Shown here: one piece after another, positions 1 through 9,956 of the stretch
How the letters are laid out: every line of letters starts with the position of its first letter
How positions within the stretch are numbered: position 1 is the stretch's first letter
DNA from: an uncultured delta proteobacterium
GTDB lineage: Bacteria > Myxococcota > Myxococcia > Myxococcales > Myxococcaceae
Direction: 5' to 3'
DNA length: 64,000 bases
NCBI GenBank assembly: GCA_963713045.1
Contig: CAVQKE010000003.1
Span: forward strand, 1,152,001-1,216,000
Notes under the pieces: model-generated
What the model saw: only the letters and a program-made list of their open reading frames with translations
Databases searched by the model: none
Told to the model about the DNA's origin: nothing
Translations under genes and position numbers: made by a program

Positions 1-1
1 C

Positions 2-415
2 GCGCATCTGGCCACCCGCGCGGTGGTGGTCGCCAAGCTGTCGCCCAGCTACGCCGCCGCCCACAGCCTTGACGACGAAGAGGCGCGCACCCGCCTGCAG
101 GCCGCCCTCTCCGGCAGCCTTCTAGAAGACGTGCTCGCCTCCACCTGGAGCGCCTTGGTGGCCGGGACGAAGCGACTGAACGAGGAAGGCCTGTTGGAGA
201 AGGTGGCCAAGTCGCTTCAGGACCGGCCCTTGCGTCCGGGCCGCGCCGTCGAAGCCACCCCCGGCTGGAGTGCCTTTCTTGTGTTGGCGGACCTCTCTGC
301 GGGCACCGCCAGCGAGTCCGCCCGGCGCCTGATGGAGAGTGACGCGGGTCGGGCTCGGGCGAGCGCCGGCTTGGCCGAGGTGGGCGCCTACCTCGCCCGC
401 GAGTTGACGCGTTAG
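2..415 (+). CDS. Hypothetical protein, 5'-truncated at the window edge
   Basis: Frame open from position 2 to TAG at 415, typical codon usage, helical Ala/Leu-rich product, no recognised motif. Confidence 0.65.
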   Translation, partial: AHLATRAVVVAKLSPSYAAAHSLDDEEARTRLQAALSGSLLEDVLASTWSALVAGTKRLNEEGLLEKVAKSLQDRPLRPGRAVEATPGWSAFLVLADLSAGTASESARRLMESDAGRARASAGLAEVGAYLARELTR

Positions 416-495
416 CCGAGAGCCCCCCCACCTGGCAGCCACCCCCCTTCACCCGTTATAGGCTTGGGCCGCTTCGTCCTGCAGCGCTGCCGTCG

Positions 496-1671
496 ATGTC
501 CGGAACACTTCCCACCCAGGTCAAGCTGCTCGAGTCCATTCGAGACGTGTCCCAGAGCGCGTGGGATGCGCTGCTGGACGCCCAGGCGGCCCCGTTTTTG
601 GAGTGGGCCTGGCTGGACGCCCTCGAATCCAGCGGCAGCGTCCGGTTGCGGACCGGCTGGGGACCACGCCACTTCACCCTCTGGCGGGGAAACCACTTGG
701 TGGCGGCGGCACCCGCCTACCTGAAGGAGGACAGCCACGGCGAATTCGTCTTCGACTGGTCTTGGGCCACCGCTGCCGAGCGCGTCGGCTTGCGTTACTA
801 CCCCAAACTCATCCTGGCGGCGCCCCTCACCCCGGCCACTGGGCGGCGCATCTTGGTGGCAGCGGGCGAGGACCGCCTGGCGCGCACCAAGGAAGTGATG
901 CGGGCGGCCTTGGAATACGCCCGCAGCGAGGGGCTCTCCTCGCTGCACGTGCTGTTTCCCACCGAGGAGGAGGCCCAGCTGCTGGAGGAGGAGGGCTTCG
1001 GCATCCGCCACGGCGTCCAGTACCACTTCCTGAACGAGGGGTATGGAAGCTTCGAGGAGGTGCTGGCCCGCTTTACCAGCAAGCGGCGAAACCAAATCCG
1101 ACGGGAGCGCCGCGCCACGGCCGAGCACCGGCTGCAGCTGCGCACGCTGAGGGAGGAGGCGCTGGCGGAGGTGGACCCCGACGAGGTGTACCGGCTGTAT
1201 GCCAGCACGGTGGACAAATTCGCCTGGGGGCGGCGGTACTTAACCCCGGACTTCTTCGTCCGGGTGTTGAAGAGCCTCCGCCACCGGGTGGAGCTGGTGC
1301 AGGCGGTCCGGTCCGGACGCGTCGTGGCCGGGGCCTTCAACGTCTGCGGCCCCGAAGCCCTGTACGGCCGCTATTGGGGATGCTTCGAGGAGGTGCCCTT
1401 TCTGCACTTCGACGTCTGCGTCTACCAGGGGATGGAGGAGACGGTGCGCCGGGGCCTCAAGCGCTTTGAACCTGGCGCGGGGGGCGAGCACAAGCTGGTG
1501 CGGGGCTTCTTGCCCCGGCTGACGTACAGCGCCCACTGGATTTTCCACGGCCCACTGGACCGGGCAGTCCGGGAATTTCTGGGGCACGAGCGAGCGGCCA
1601 TTGCCCAGGGCCTCCCCGCCTGGCGGGCCGAGACCGGCTTCAAGAAGCTGGACGAGGCCCCCCGTGGCTGA
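496..1671 (+). CDS. FemAB-like tandem GNAT protein (DUF482-type)
   Basis: Family-typical motifs HGEFVFDWSWA, YYPKL..AAPLTPATG, LYGRYWG, LHFDVCVYQG, FEPGAGGEHK. Confidence 0.88.
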   Translation: MSGTLPTQVKLLESIRDVSQSAWDALLDAQAAPFLEWAWLDALESSGSVRLRTGWGPRHFTLWRGNHLVAAAPAYLKEDSHGEFVFDWSWATAAERVGLRYYPKLILAAPLTPATGRRILVAAGEDRLARTKEVMRAALEYARSEGLSSLHVLFPTEEEAQLLEEEGFGIRHGVQYHFLNEGYGSFEEVLARFTSKRRNQIRRERRATAEHRLQLRTLREEALAEVDPDEVYRLYASTVDKFAWGRRYLTPDFFVRVLKSLRHRVELVQAVRSGRVVAGAFNVCGPEALYGRYWGCFEEVPFLHFDVCVYQGMEETVRRGLKRFEPGAGGEHKLVRGFLPRLTYSAHWIFHGPLDRAVREFLGHERAAIAQGLPAWRAETGFKKLDEAPRG

Positions 1672-1996
1672 GCGCGCGCCTGGAACCCTGGCCGTGCCAG
1701 AGGTCAAGACGCAGCGCCGGGTGAAACGCCCACAGCTGTACCGCGTCCTGTTTCACAACGACAACTACACCACCCGCGACTTTGTGGTCGCGGTGCTCCG
1801 CCAGGTGTTCCACAAGAGTGAATCCGACGCGGTGGCCATCATGCTTCATGTCCACCACCAAGGCATTGGCGTGGCTGGCGTATATACCTACGACGTGGCG
1901 CGAACGAAAATCGAGATGGTGGAGAAGCTGGCCCGGGAGAATGAATTTCCCCTCCGGCTGACGATGGAACCGACTGAAACCTCTGAGGAGACTTGA
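1664..1996 (+). CDS. clpS: ATP-dependent Clp protease adaptor ClpS
   Basis: YRVLFHNDNYTTRDFVV and IMLHVHHQGIGVAGVYTYDVARTK. GTG start at 1664 overlaps the upstream stop; directly precedes clpA. Confidence 0.95.
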   Translation: MAERAPGTLAVPEVKTQRRVKRPQLYRVLFHNDNYTTRDFVVAVLRQVFHKSESDAVAIMLHVHHQGIGVAGVYTYDVARTKIEMVEKLARENEFPLRLTMEPTETSEET

Positions 1997-1997
1997 C

Positions 1998-4280
1998 GTG
2001 GCCACCCCCCTAATCGCCAAGGAGCTGCAAGCCAGCTTCCGCCAGGCACTGCAAGACGCAAAGGCGATGCGCCACGAGTACCTGACCCTCGAGCACCTGC
2101 TGTTGGCGCTGAGCAAAGAGGCCAAGACGCAGCGCGTCCTGGCGGCCTGCGGCGCCTCTGTGAAGCGCCTCCGGCAGCGGCTGGAGACCTTTCTGAAGGA
2201 CACGGTGGAGAAGCTTCCCGAGGGCGTCAGCGCTGAGCCGCAGCAAACCATCGGGATTGAACGGGTGCTGCAGCGGGCCGCCATTCACGCCCTGTCGGCC
2301 GACCAGAAAGTCATCGATGGCGGCGACGTCCTGGTGGCGATGTTCCGCGAGGACGAGAGCCACGCCCTGTACCTGCTGCAGCAGGAGGGCGTCACCAAGC
2401 TGGACCTCCTCAACTACCTCTCCCACGGCATCTCCAAGGGCGGCGAGACGGAGGAGGATGCCGAGGGGCAACCGAGCGGCCCGGAGGAGGAGGGGGCGCC
2501 AGTCCGAGACCCCCTCAAAGCCTTCGCCCTCAACCTGATGGTGGAGGCCGAGGAGGGGCGCATTGACCCGTTGATTGGGCGGGAGCGCGAACTTGAACGG
2601 ACGATGCAAGTGCTCTGCCGGCGGCGGAAGAACAACCCCATCTACGTCGGGGACTCAGGTGTCGGAAAGACGGCCATTGCCGAGGGGCTGGCCCTACGCA
2701 TCCACGAAGGCAACGTCCCGGACGCGCTGAAGGGGTCAATCATCTACTCGCTCGACATGGGGGCCGTCCTGGCGGGCACCAAGTTCCGCGGCCAATTCGA
2801 GGAGCGGCTGAAGGGCGTGCTGAAGGCGCTGCAAAAGCAGCCCAACGCCATCCTCTTCATCGACGAAATCCACACCATCGTCGGCGCCGGCGCCACCACC
2901 GGCGGCGGCAGCATCGAGGCGTCCAACATCCTCAAGCCGGTGCTCGCCTCGGGGCGCCTGCGCTGCATCGGCAGCACCACCTACCAGGAGTACAAGGCCA
3001 GCTTTGAACGGGACCGCGCCCTCGGCCGCCGGTTTCAGAAGATTGAAATCGGCGAGCCCTCCATCGAAGACAGCGTCCTCATCTTGCAGGGCCTGAAGAG
3101 TCGGTACGAGGAGCACCATGCGGTGGTCTACGACGAGGCCGCCATCCGCGGGGCAGTGGAGCTGGCCGCCAAGTACATCAACGAGCGGTTTTTGCCGGAC
3201 AAGGCCATCGACGTCATCGACGAGGGGGGCGCGGCCGACCGGCTTCGCCCGGTGGACCAGCGCACCGGCCGGGTCACCCTGCACGACGTGGAGGCGGTGG
3301 TGGCCAAAATGGCCAAAATTCCAGAGAAAAGCGTCTCCGCCTCGGAGCGCGACTCACTGGCCAACCTCGAGCCTCAGCTGCGGTTGGTCATCTACGGCCA
3401 GGACCCGGCCATCCACGAATTGGTGGCGGCCATCAAGCTGGCGCGCTCCGGGCTGCGCAGCCCGGAAAAGCCCATCGGCAGCTTCCTCTTCTCAGGCCCC
3501 ACCGGCGTCGGGAAGACGGAGCTGGCCAAGCAGCTGGCGCGGGTGCTGGGCGTGGAATTCCTGCGCTTCGACATGAGTGAGTACTCCGAGCAACACACCG
3601 TCAGCCGGCTGATTGGCGCCCCGCCGGGCTACGTCGGATTCGACCAGGGAGGCCTCCTCACCGACGCCATCCGCAAGCACCCCTATTCGGTGCTCCTCCT
3701 GGACGAGATTGAGAAGGCGCACCCGGAGCTCTTCAACGTCCTGCTTCAAGTGATGGACCACGCCACCCTGACCGACAACAACGGGCGGAAGGCAGACTTC
3801 CGAAACGTGGTGCTCATCCTCACCACCAACGCCGGCGCCCGGGAGATGAGTGCCAAGACGGTCGGCTTCGGGGACACGGTGAGTGGGCCCGACACCAGCA
3901 AGGCCAAGAAGGCCATCGAGCGCACCTTCACTCCGGAATTCCGCAACCGGTTGGACGGATGGCTTCTCTTCGCCGGCCTCAGCCCGGACACCATTCTCCA
4001 GGTGGTGGACAAGGAAGTGCGGCTGCTGCAGGAGCAGCTGAGTGAGAAGAAGGTGACTCTGGAGTTGTCAGCCGCGGCGCGGGGCTGGCTCGCCGAGAAC
4101 GGCTATGACCCGCACTTCGGCGCGCGGCCGATGGCGCGCCTGGTGGACCAACAGCTGAAGAAGGCGCTTGCCGAGTCGCTCCTCTTCGGTGAGTTGCGCG
4201 CGGGCGGCGTCGCCCACTTCGACCTCAACGAGGCGAAGGACGGCCTTCAGTTTCAGGCGCGCCCGCTGCTGGTGGCCTAG
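1998..4280 (+). CDS. clpA: ATP-dependent Clp protease ATP-binding subunit ClpA
   Basis: N-domain RHEYLTLEHLLLAL, two AAA+ modules (GDSGVGKT/FIDEIH and GPTGVGKT/LLDEIEK), GYVGF pore loop, 760 aa. Confidence 0.97.
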   Translation: MATPLIAKELQASFRQALQDAKAMRHEYLTLEHLLLALSKEAKTQRVLAACGASVKRLRQRLETFLKDTVEKLPEGVSAEPQQTIGIERVLQRAAIHALSADQKVIDGGDVLVAMFREDESHALYLLQQEGVTKLDLLNYLSHGISKGGETEEDAEGQPSGPEEEGAPVRDPLKAFALNLMVEAEEGRIDPLIGRERELERTMQVLCRRRKNNPIYVGDSGVGKTAIAEGLALRIHEGNVPDALKGSIIYSLDMGAVLAGTKFRGQFEERLKGVLKALQKQPNAILFIDEIHTIVGAGATTGGGSIEASNILKPVLASGRLRCIGSTTYQEYKASFERDRALGRRFQKIEIGEPSIEDSVLILQGLKSRYEEHHAVVYDEAAIRGAVELAAKYINERFLPDKAIDVIDEGGAADRLRPVDQRTGRVTLHDVEAVVAKMAKIPEKSVSASERDSLANLEPQLRLVIYGQDPAIHELVAAIKLARSGLRSPEKPIGSFLFSGPTGVGKTELAKQLARVLGVEFLRFDMSEYSEQHTVSRLIGAPPGYVGFDQGGLLTDAIRKHPYSVLLLDEIEKAHPELFNVLLQVMDHATLTDNNGRKADFRNVVLILTTNAGAREMSAKTVGFGDTVSGPDTSKAKKAIERTFTPEFRNRLDGWLLFAGLSPDTILQVVDKEVRLLQEQLSEKKVTLELSAAARGWLAENGYDPHFGARPMARLVDQQLKKALAESLLFGELRAGGVAHFDLNEAKDGLQFQARPLLVA

Positions 4281-4428
4281 CCGGCGGCCGGCGCTCCTCC
4301 AGCGGCTCGTCCGGGCCCGCCTCGCGCGGACCAAACGGCTCGTCCGACTCCGGCCCGAACGGCGGTGGCGTCGGCCACGGGTCCAGCGGGGCGCGGTGCC
4401 GAGGCATGCGAGGCGTCTTGTCATTCAT
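4225..4428 (-). CDS. Possible small Pro/Glu-rich protein (67 aa)
   Basis: ATG at 4428 preceded by GGAGG with a 7-nt spacer. Overlaps the clpA 3' end on the opposite strand. No homology recognised. Confidence 0.3.
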   Translation of the reverse strand: MNDKTPRMPRHRAPLDPWPTPPPFGPESDEPFGPREAGPDEPLEERRPPARPPAAGAPETEGRPSPR

Positions 4429-4603
4429 GGACGGGCCTCCGGGACGGGGCACCCCCCGCCAAGGCGACACTCCAGGGGTGTGTACAACGACCCCCCCACA
4501 TCGGTCAACAGGGTGAGCAGAAATTTTCGTCAGAGATAGAAGTGAGCCACAGTCGGCAGCGCGGCCCAGGACGGGCGTCCCACGGTGGGGGACTGGCCAG
4601 CGG

Positions 4604-5872
4604 CTAGAAGTGGCCAGCCAGGGCGAAGGCGACGCCACCCTTGGACGTCGGGCCGACGCCGGCCACCACGTCGGTGTAGCGGTTGGGGTCCTTGCCGCTC
4701 ACCCACCACCAGACGGCGATGCCGGTGGCGGCGACGGCCACCACGGCCGTTCCGGCCGCCACCCACTGCAGCGTTTGAATGCTGTTTTTCGAGTTGTTCG
4801 CCTGGGTGGCGCAGTACTTCGCGCCCTGGGCCGTGCAACTGTCCCAGTTGGCGCTGGCGGTCGGGTTGTTGGCAATGGACGGGGGCTTGGTTTGCGAGCC
4901 GCCCGCGGCGCCGACCAGCCACTGCTGGTAGGCGTAAAAGTCATTGTTGTACTGGTTGTGGAGGTCCACTTCGAGCCAGATGGTGGCGCCAATGGCCAGC
5001 ACCGCGATGCCCGAGGCCACCCAGGCCCCAATCCGCAGCCGTCCATTCTTGTCTTTGTAGGCCGCGGCGTAGTCCGGCGAGGGGATGAGGTCCACGTCCT
5101 CGACGCGCGTCTGGTTCGGTTCAATGCGCACCGAGCGCGTCTGGGCGATGAAGCCGTCCTTGCGAATTTGCACCCGGTGCAGCCCGCGCGACAGGGGCAC
5201 CGCCGCCTTCTGCGGCGTCGAGCCGATGAGGGTGTCGTCGACCAGCACTTCGGCCCCTTCCTCCCGGGTGCGCACCAGGAGGAAGCCCTGCTGGTCGCGC
5301 AGCAGCGGCGACACCAACTCCTGCGCCAGGCCGGGAAGCGCGCTGGCAATTTCCGAGACGCTGGCCACCGGGCCGAGCGTCTTCTGGTTGAGGACCTTCT
5401 GTGTGCTGACGTCGAGGAGGCGAATCTCCACCTGGAACTTGCCGCCGGCACGCGTCAGGCTGCCCACCACGGCATTGTTGGCCCCCAGCGCGCGGCCCAA
5501 TTCCCCGAGGGCGCTCTCGCCCTTGGCGCCGGACAGCTGGCGGGTGCGCTCGAGCGCCAGCAGCTGACGGACGTCGTCGGCGCTCAGCACCTGAAACACG
5601 TCCAAGTCCCGTAGCCCCCGGACGACGTTGATGGTGGCCGCCTGGGCTTCCGGGAGGCCGCCGCCGCGGGCTTCGAGGTCCAGCACCAGCAGCGGGGGCC
5701 GAGCTTGGACGGCCTGCGCCGCGGCGTCGGAGGCGGTGGTGCCCGACTGCGGATGGGACGTCGTCGCCGGGGTGAGGGTGGTGGGCCCGGGGGGCGGGGC
5801 GGTTTTGGCTTGGGCGTGCGCCGCGCCAGAAGCGAGGAGCGTCACGGCGAGGATGACTCGGAACGCATCCAC
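4604..5872 (-). CDS. Exported PEGA-domain protein
   Basis: GTG start after a purine-rich RBS, signal peptide (…AAHA), PEGA motif GAEVLVDDTLIGSTP…GLHRVQIRKDGF, two hydrophobic segments, C-terminal …LAGHF. Confidence 0.8.
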   Translation of the reverse strand: MDAFRVILAVTLLASGAAHAQAKTAPPPGPTTLTPATTSHPQSGTTASDAAAQAVQARPPLLVLDLEARGGGLPEAQAATINVVRGLRDLDVFQVLSADDVRQLLALERTRQLSGAKGESALGELGRALGANNAVVGSLTRAGGKFQVEIRLLDVSTQKVLNQKTLGPVASVSEIASALPGLAQELVSPLLRDQQGFLLVRTREEGAEVLVDDTLIGSTPQKAAVPLSRGLHRVQIRKDGFIAQTRSVRIEPNQTRVEDVDLIPSPDYAAAYKDKNGRLRIGAWVASGIAVLAIGATIWLEVDLHNQYNNDFYAYQQWLVGAAGGSQTKPPSIANNPTASANWDSCTAQGAKYCATQANNSKNSIQTLQWVAAGTAVVAVAATGIAVWWWVSGKDPNRYTDVVAGVGPTSKGGVAFALAGHF

Positions 5873-6050
5873 GGCTTTCCCCCTTCCCTGGGCGCACCCG
5901 TCGAAAAGTGCGCGCAGGCCCGGCGCTGACGAAACCCCTTCCGGGGACTCTACCCTCACCGCTGTTGGCCTTGCCACGCCAGAAACGGCCCACCTCCAGC
6001 GGGTCAGGGCCGCCCCTCTTTTGCCAAGTCGCCGTGCCGGGCCTTGGGGC

Positions 6051-6842
6051 CTACTCCGCCGAAGGGTCCACCGGCGGCGCGCCGAGGGCGTGGTAGCCAC
6101 CGTCGACGTGCACCATTTCTCCGGTGGTGGAGGGAAACCAGTCCGACAGCAGGGCCACCGCCGTCTTGGCCACGGCGAGATGGTCGTCCTTGGACGACCA
6201 GCCGAGGGGCGCTTGGGTGCCCCAGTTACGTTCCAGCTGCTTGAAGCCGGGAATCCCCTTGGCGGCCACCGTGGCCAGCGGGCCTGCGGCCAGCGCGTTG
6301 ACGCGAATTCGCTTTGGCCCGAGGTCCCTGGCCAAGTAGCGGACGCAGGATTCGAGGGCCGCCTTGCAGACGCCCATCCAGTCGTAAATGGGCCAGGCCA
6401 CGGTGTTGTCAAAGTCCAGGGTGAGGATGCTGCCTCCCTCCGTCATCAGGGGGGCGAGGGCCACGGCCAGCTCCTTCAATGAAAAGGTGGAGACCCGAAA
6501 GGCGGTCTGGACGCTTTCCCAGGGGGTGTGGAGAAAGTTTCCCCCCAGCGCATCGGCCGGGGCGTAGGCCACTGCGTGCAGGGCGCCGTGCACCACCCCC
6601 CATTTTTTCCGCACCGTTTCGGTGAGGGCGCTGAAGTGGGCGGCGTTGGTGACGTCCAGCTCCACCACCTCGGGCGCGGGCGACAGCCGCCGTGCGCTGC
6701 GCTCGGTCAGAGACAGGGCGCGGCCAAAGCCAGTGAGGAGGACTTCGGCCCCCTCGGCGATGGCCATCTCGGCAATGCCGAAGGCCAGCGACTGCGGCGT
6801 CAACACTCCCGTTACCACCAAACGCTTGCCTGAGAGGAGCAT
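6051..6842 (-). CDS. fabI: Enoyl-ACP reductase FabI, InhA-like
   Basis: LLSGKRLVVTGV, DFDNTVAWPIYDWMGVCKAALES (Y-x6-K), NALAAGPLAT, TTGEMVHVDGG. Confidence 0.93.
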   Translation of the reverse strand: MLLSGKRLVVTGVLTPQSLAFGIAEMAIAEGAEVLLTGFGRALSLTERSARRLSPAPEVVELDVTNAAHFSALTETVRKKWGVVHGALHAVAYAPADALGGNFLHTPWESVQTAFRVSTFSLKELAVALAPLMTEGGSILTLDFDNTVAWPIYDWMGVCKAALESCVRYLARDLGPKRIRVNALAAGPLATVAAKGIPGFKQLERNWGTQAPLGWSSKDDHLAVAKTAVALLSDWFPSTTGEMVHVDGGYHALGAPPVDPSAE

Positions 6843-7088
6843 GAGGGTGCTGGCTGCTTTACCACCGCCCGGGCCTCTGTAGGGGCGTAGGGGGCCAGCA
6901 CCAACCGTGTAGCAGTGCTGAGGCATGCCCAGGAAATGCCCGGGCTCTGGCGCAGCACGCCCAGGAGTGGTGAATTTGGATGTGGGAGCCCGCCCGGGCA
7001 GGTGAGGGCGCAGCATAGAAGCCATGCGCCCCGAAAACTGGCTCTCGGCCCAATCTTCGGCGTTAAGGACTTTGTCTCAAACTACCCT

Positions 7089-9956
7089 ATGGCCATTCAG
7101 GACAGCTTCCTCAGCGGGGCCAACATCGACTTCATCGAGGGCCTCTACGCGCGATGGCTCGAGAACCCGAGCAGCGTTGACAGTAGCTGGCGCGAACTTT
7201 TCCAGCGCTCGGGCGGCGGACGCCCGCTGACTGGCGACCGCCCAGCAACCAATGGGCACCCGCTGCAGCCCACCGTCGGACGCGGCGGCAATGGAGCGCC
7301 GGCGGTGACCCTTGCCGTGGCCGCCCCCGGCGTCTCCGCCGCGGACATGGGCCTTCAGGCGCGGGTCGACCAGACCCTCTACGCCTTTCGGCTGAGAGGC
7401 CACCTTTTGGCCCAACTCGACCCGCTGGGGCGTCCCCGCCCGCCGCTGGAACACGCCGCGGACTTGGCGATGGTGACCGACCAGGCGTTTAGCGAAGCCG
7501 AGCTGGAGCAGGTGGTGGACGGCAACGGCGTTTTCGCCGAGGGGCGGCGGGTCCGGCTGCGGGACTTGTTGGACCGGCTCCGCCGCACCTACTGCGGCCA
7601 CATCGGCGTCGAGTTTATGACGCTGCTCGACAGCGAACGGCGGCGCTGGCTGATGCCGCGGATGGAGCACACCGCCAACCGGGCCAACCTGACCACCGCC
7701 GAGCAGCGCCGAATTCTCGAGAAGCTGACCATTGCGCAAACCTTCGAGTCCTTCATCCACACCAAGTACCAGGGCGCGAAGCGCTTCAGCCTCGACGGCG
7801 GCGAGAGTCTGATTCCGATGCTCGACACGCTGCTGGAGTTGGGGGGCGAGCTGGGAGTCACCGAGGTGGTCATCGGGATGGCCCACCGCGGCCGCCTCAA
7901 CGTGCTGGCCAACGTTTTGGGGAAGAGCCCCGACCAAATTTTCAGCGAGTTCAACGGGCCGTCCGACCCGCGCAGCTACGTCAGCCGGGGCGACGTCAAG
8001 TACCACATGGGCTTCTCCTCGGACTTCACCACCAGCCAGGACAAGCGCATTCACCTGAGCCTCGCCTTCAACCCGAGTCACCTGGAATTCGTCTTCCCGG
8101 TGGTCGAGGGCCGCGTCCGGGCGAAACAGACGCGGCTGGGGACGGCCGACCGGCGCCGTCAGGCGATGCCGCTGGTCCTGCACGGCGACGCCTCGATGGC
8201 CGGAGAGGGCGTGGTGGCCGAGACGCTCAACCTCTCACGGCTGCGCGGCTACGACACCGGAGGCACGGTGCACCTGGTGGTGAACAACCAGCTTGGGTAC
8301 ACCACCTGTCCGGAGGACGGCCGCAGCAGCATCTACCCCACCGCGGTGGCACAGATGCTGGACATCCCCATCTTCCACGTGAATGGCGACGACCCGGAAG
8401 CCTGCGTCCACGTGATGCGGCTGGCCACTGAATACCGCCAGCAATTCCAAAGCGACGTGGTGGTGGACCTGGTGTGCTACCGACGCTACGGCCACAACGA
8501 GGGCGATGAGCCGAGCTACACCCAGCCGCTGATGTACGAGCAAATCAGGAGCCATGCCCCGGTGGGCCGGGTGTACGCCGAGGAGCTGGAGAAGAAGGGC
8601 CGCCTCAGCGCCGCGGACGCCCAAGCCATTCGCGAGGAGGCCAAACAGCATTTCCAGAGCGCCTACCTGCGGGCCAAGGAGAAGTCGCAGCTGGCCGACC
8701 CCTCGGCCAACGAGGGGGTCTGGAAGGGCTTCCGCGGCGGCCCGGAGAAGGGCGTGCAGGAGGTGGCGACGGCCATCTCTCGCGAGCGCGCCGCCTCCCT
8801 GCTGCTGCACCTGTCCCGGGTGCCGGAGGGCTTCACCCCGCTTCGGCAGATGTCGAAAATTCTCGAACGCCGGGGACAAATGGCCCGCGGCGACCTGCCG
8901 CTCGACTGGGGCAGCGCCGAAAACCTCACCTACGCCTCGCTGCTGACAGAGAAGGTGCACGTCCGGCTCACCGGGCAGGACACCGAGCGCGGCACCTTCG
9001 GTCACCGCAACGCCGTCCTCCACGATGCCCGCACCGGCGCCACCTACACCGCGCTCACCAACATCGAGCCGGGCCAAGCCCTGTTTGAGGTGTACAACAG
9101 CCCGCTGTCGGAGACGGGGTGCATCGGGTACGAATTTGGCTACTCGCTCGACTACCCGGACGCGCTGGTGCTGTGGGAGGCGCAGTTCGGCGACTTCGCC
9201 AACGTGGCTCAAGTCATCATCGACCAATTCATCGTCGCCGCCGAAACCAAGTGGCGTCGGCTGTCGGGCCTGGTGCTGCTGCTTCCCCACGGCTACGAGG
9301 GGGCTGGGCCCGAGCACTCCAGCGCTCGGCTGGAGCGTTTCCTCGACATGGCCGCCGAGGACAACATCCAGGTCTCCCAGCCGACCACCGCGGCGCAGCT
9401 CTTCCATCTGTTGCGGCGCCAAGCGCTCCTCGGCTGGCGGAAGCCGCTGGTGGTGATGACGCCCAAAAGCTTGCTTCGGCGCGAGGAGGCAGCGAGCCCC
9501 CTGGAAGCCTTCACCGAGGGCGGCTGGCAGCGCGTCGTTCCGGACCCCGAGGCAACTGACCCAGCCAGCGTCACGCGGCTTCTGTTGTGCAGCGGAAAGG
9601 TGGCCTTCGACTTGATGGCCCACCGGACCCAGACTCCAGACCCCAGCGTCGCCATCGCGCGGGTGGAGCAGCTGTACCCGGTGCCCCGGGCCCAGCTGGA
9701 GGCGCAGGTGAAGCGCTACCCCGCGCTGCGCGAACTCATCTGGGTGCAGGAGGAGCCGCGCAACATGGGCGCCTGGCGCTTCATGCGTTCCCACCTGGCA
9801 GAGTTGGCGGAGACGGCGGCCCAGCCAGTCAGCGTCCGTTACGTCGGCCGGGCGGAGAGCCCCAGCCCGGCAACCGGCTTTCTCAAGACGCATGAGCTGG
9901 AGCAACACCAGCTGGTGGAAGAGGCATTTGCGCGGGGGACTGCCAATGGCCGTTGA
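7089..9956 (+). CDS. sucA: 2-oxoglutarate dehydrogenase E1
   Basis: [29 protein letters not shown] (ThDP motif), [28 protein letters not shown]. Confidence 0.97.
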   Translation: MAIQDSFLSGANIDFIEGLYARWLENPSSVDSSWRELFQRSGGGRPLTGDRPATNGHPLQPTVGRGGNGAPAVTLAVAAPGVSAADMGLQARVDQTLYAFRLRGHLLAQLDPLGRPRPPLEHAADLAMVTDQAFSEAELEQVVDGNGVFAEGRRVRLRDLLDRLRRTYCGHIGVEFMTLLDSERRRWLMPRMEHTANRANLTTAEQRRILEKLTIAQTFESFIHTKYQGAKRFSLDGGESLIPMLDTLLELGGELGVTEVVIGMAHRGRLNVLANVLGKSPDQIFSEFNGPSDPRSYVSRGDVKYHMGFSSDFTTSQDKRIHLSLAFNPSHLEFVFPVVEGRVRAKQTRLGTADRRRQAMPLVLHGDASMAGEGVVAETLNLSRLRGYDTGGTVHLVVNNQLGYTTCPEDGRSSIYPTAVAQMLDIPIFHVNGDDPEACVHVMRLATEYRQQFQSDVVVDLVCYRRYGHNEGDEPSYTQPLMYEQIRSHAPVGRVYAEELEKKGRLSAADAQAIREEAKQHFQSAYLRAKEKSQLADPSANEGVWKGFRGGPEKGVQEVATAISRERAASLLLHLSRVPEGFTPLRQMSKILERRGQMARGDLPLDWGSAENLTYASLLTEKVHVRLTGQDTERGTFGHRNAVLHDARTGATYTALTNIEPGQALFEVYNSPLSETGCIGYEFGYSLDYPDALVLWEAQFGDFANVAQVIIDQFIVAAETKWRRLSGLVLLLPHGYEGAGPEHSSARLERFLDMAAEDNIQVSQPTTAAQLFHLLRRQALLGWRKPLVVMTPKSLLRREEAASPLEAFTEGGWQRVVPDPEATDPASVTRLLLCSGKVAFDLMAHRTQTPDPSVAIARVEQLYPVPRAQLEAQVKRYPALRELIWVQEEPRNMGAWRFMRSHLAELAETAAQPVSVRYVGRAESPSPATGFLKTHELEQHQLVEEAFARGTANGR

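Noticed and set aside
4604..6412. Apparent 602-aa PEGA protein
   Set aside because: The first 180 codons overlap fabI in another frame; the signal peptide and RBS point to a start at 5872.
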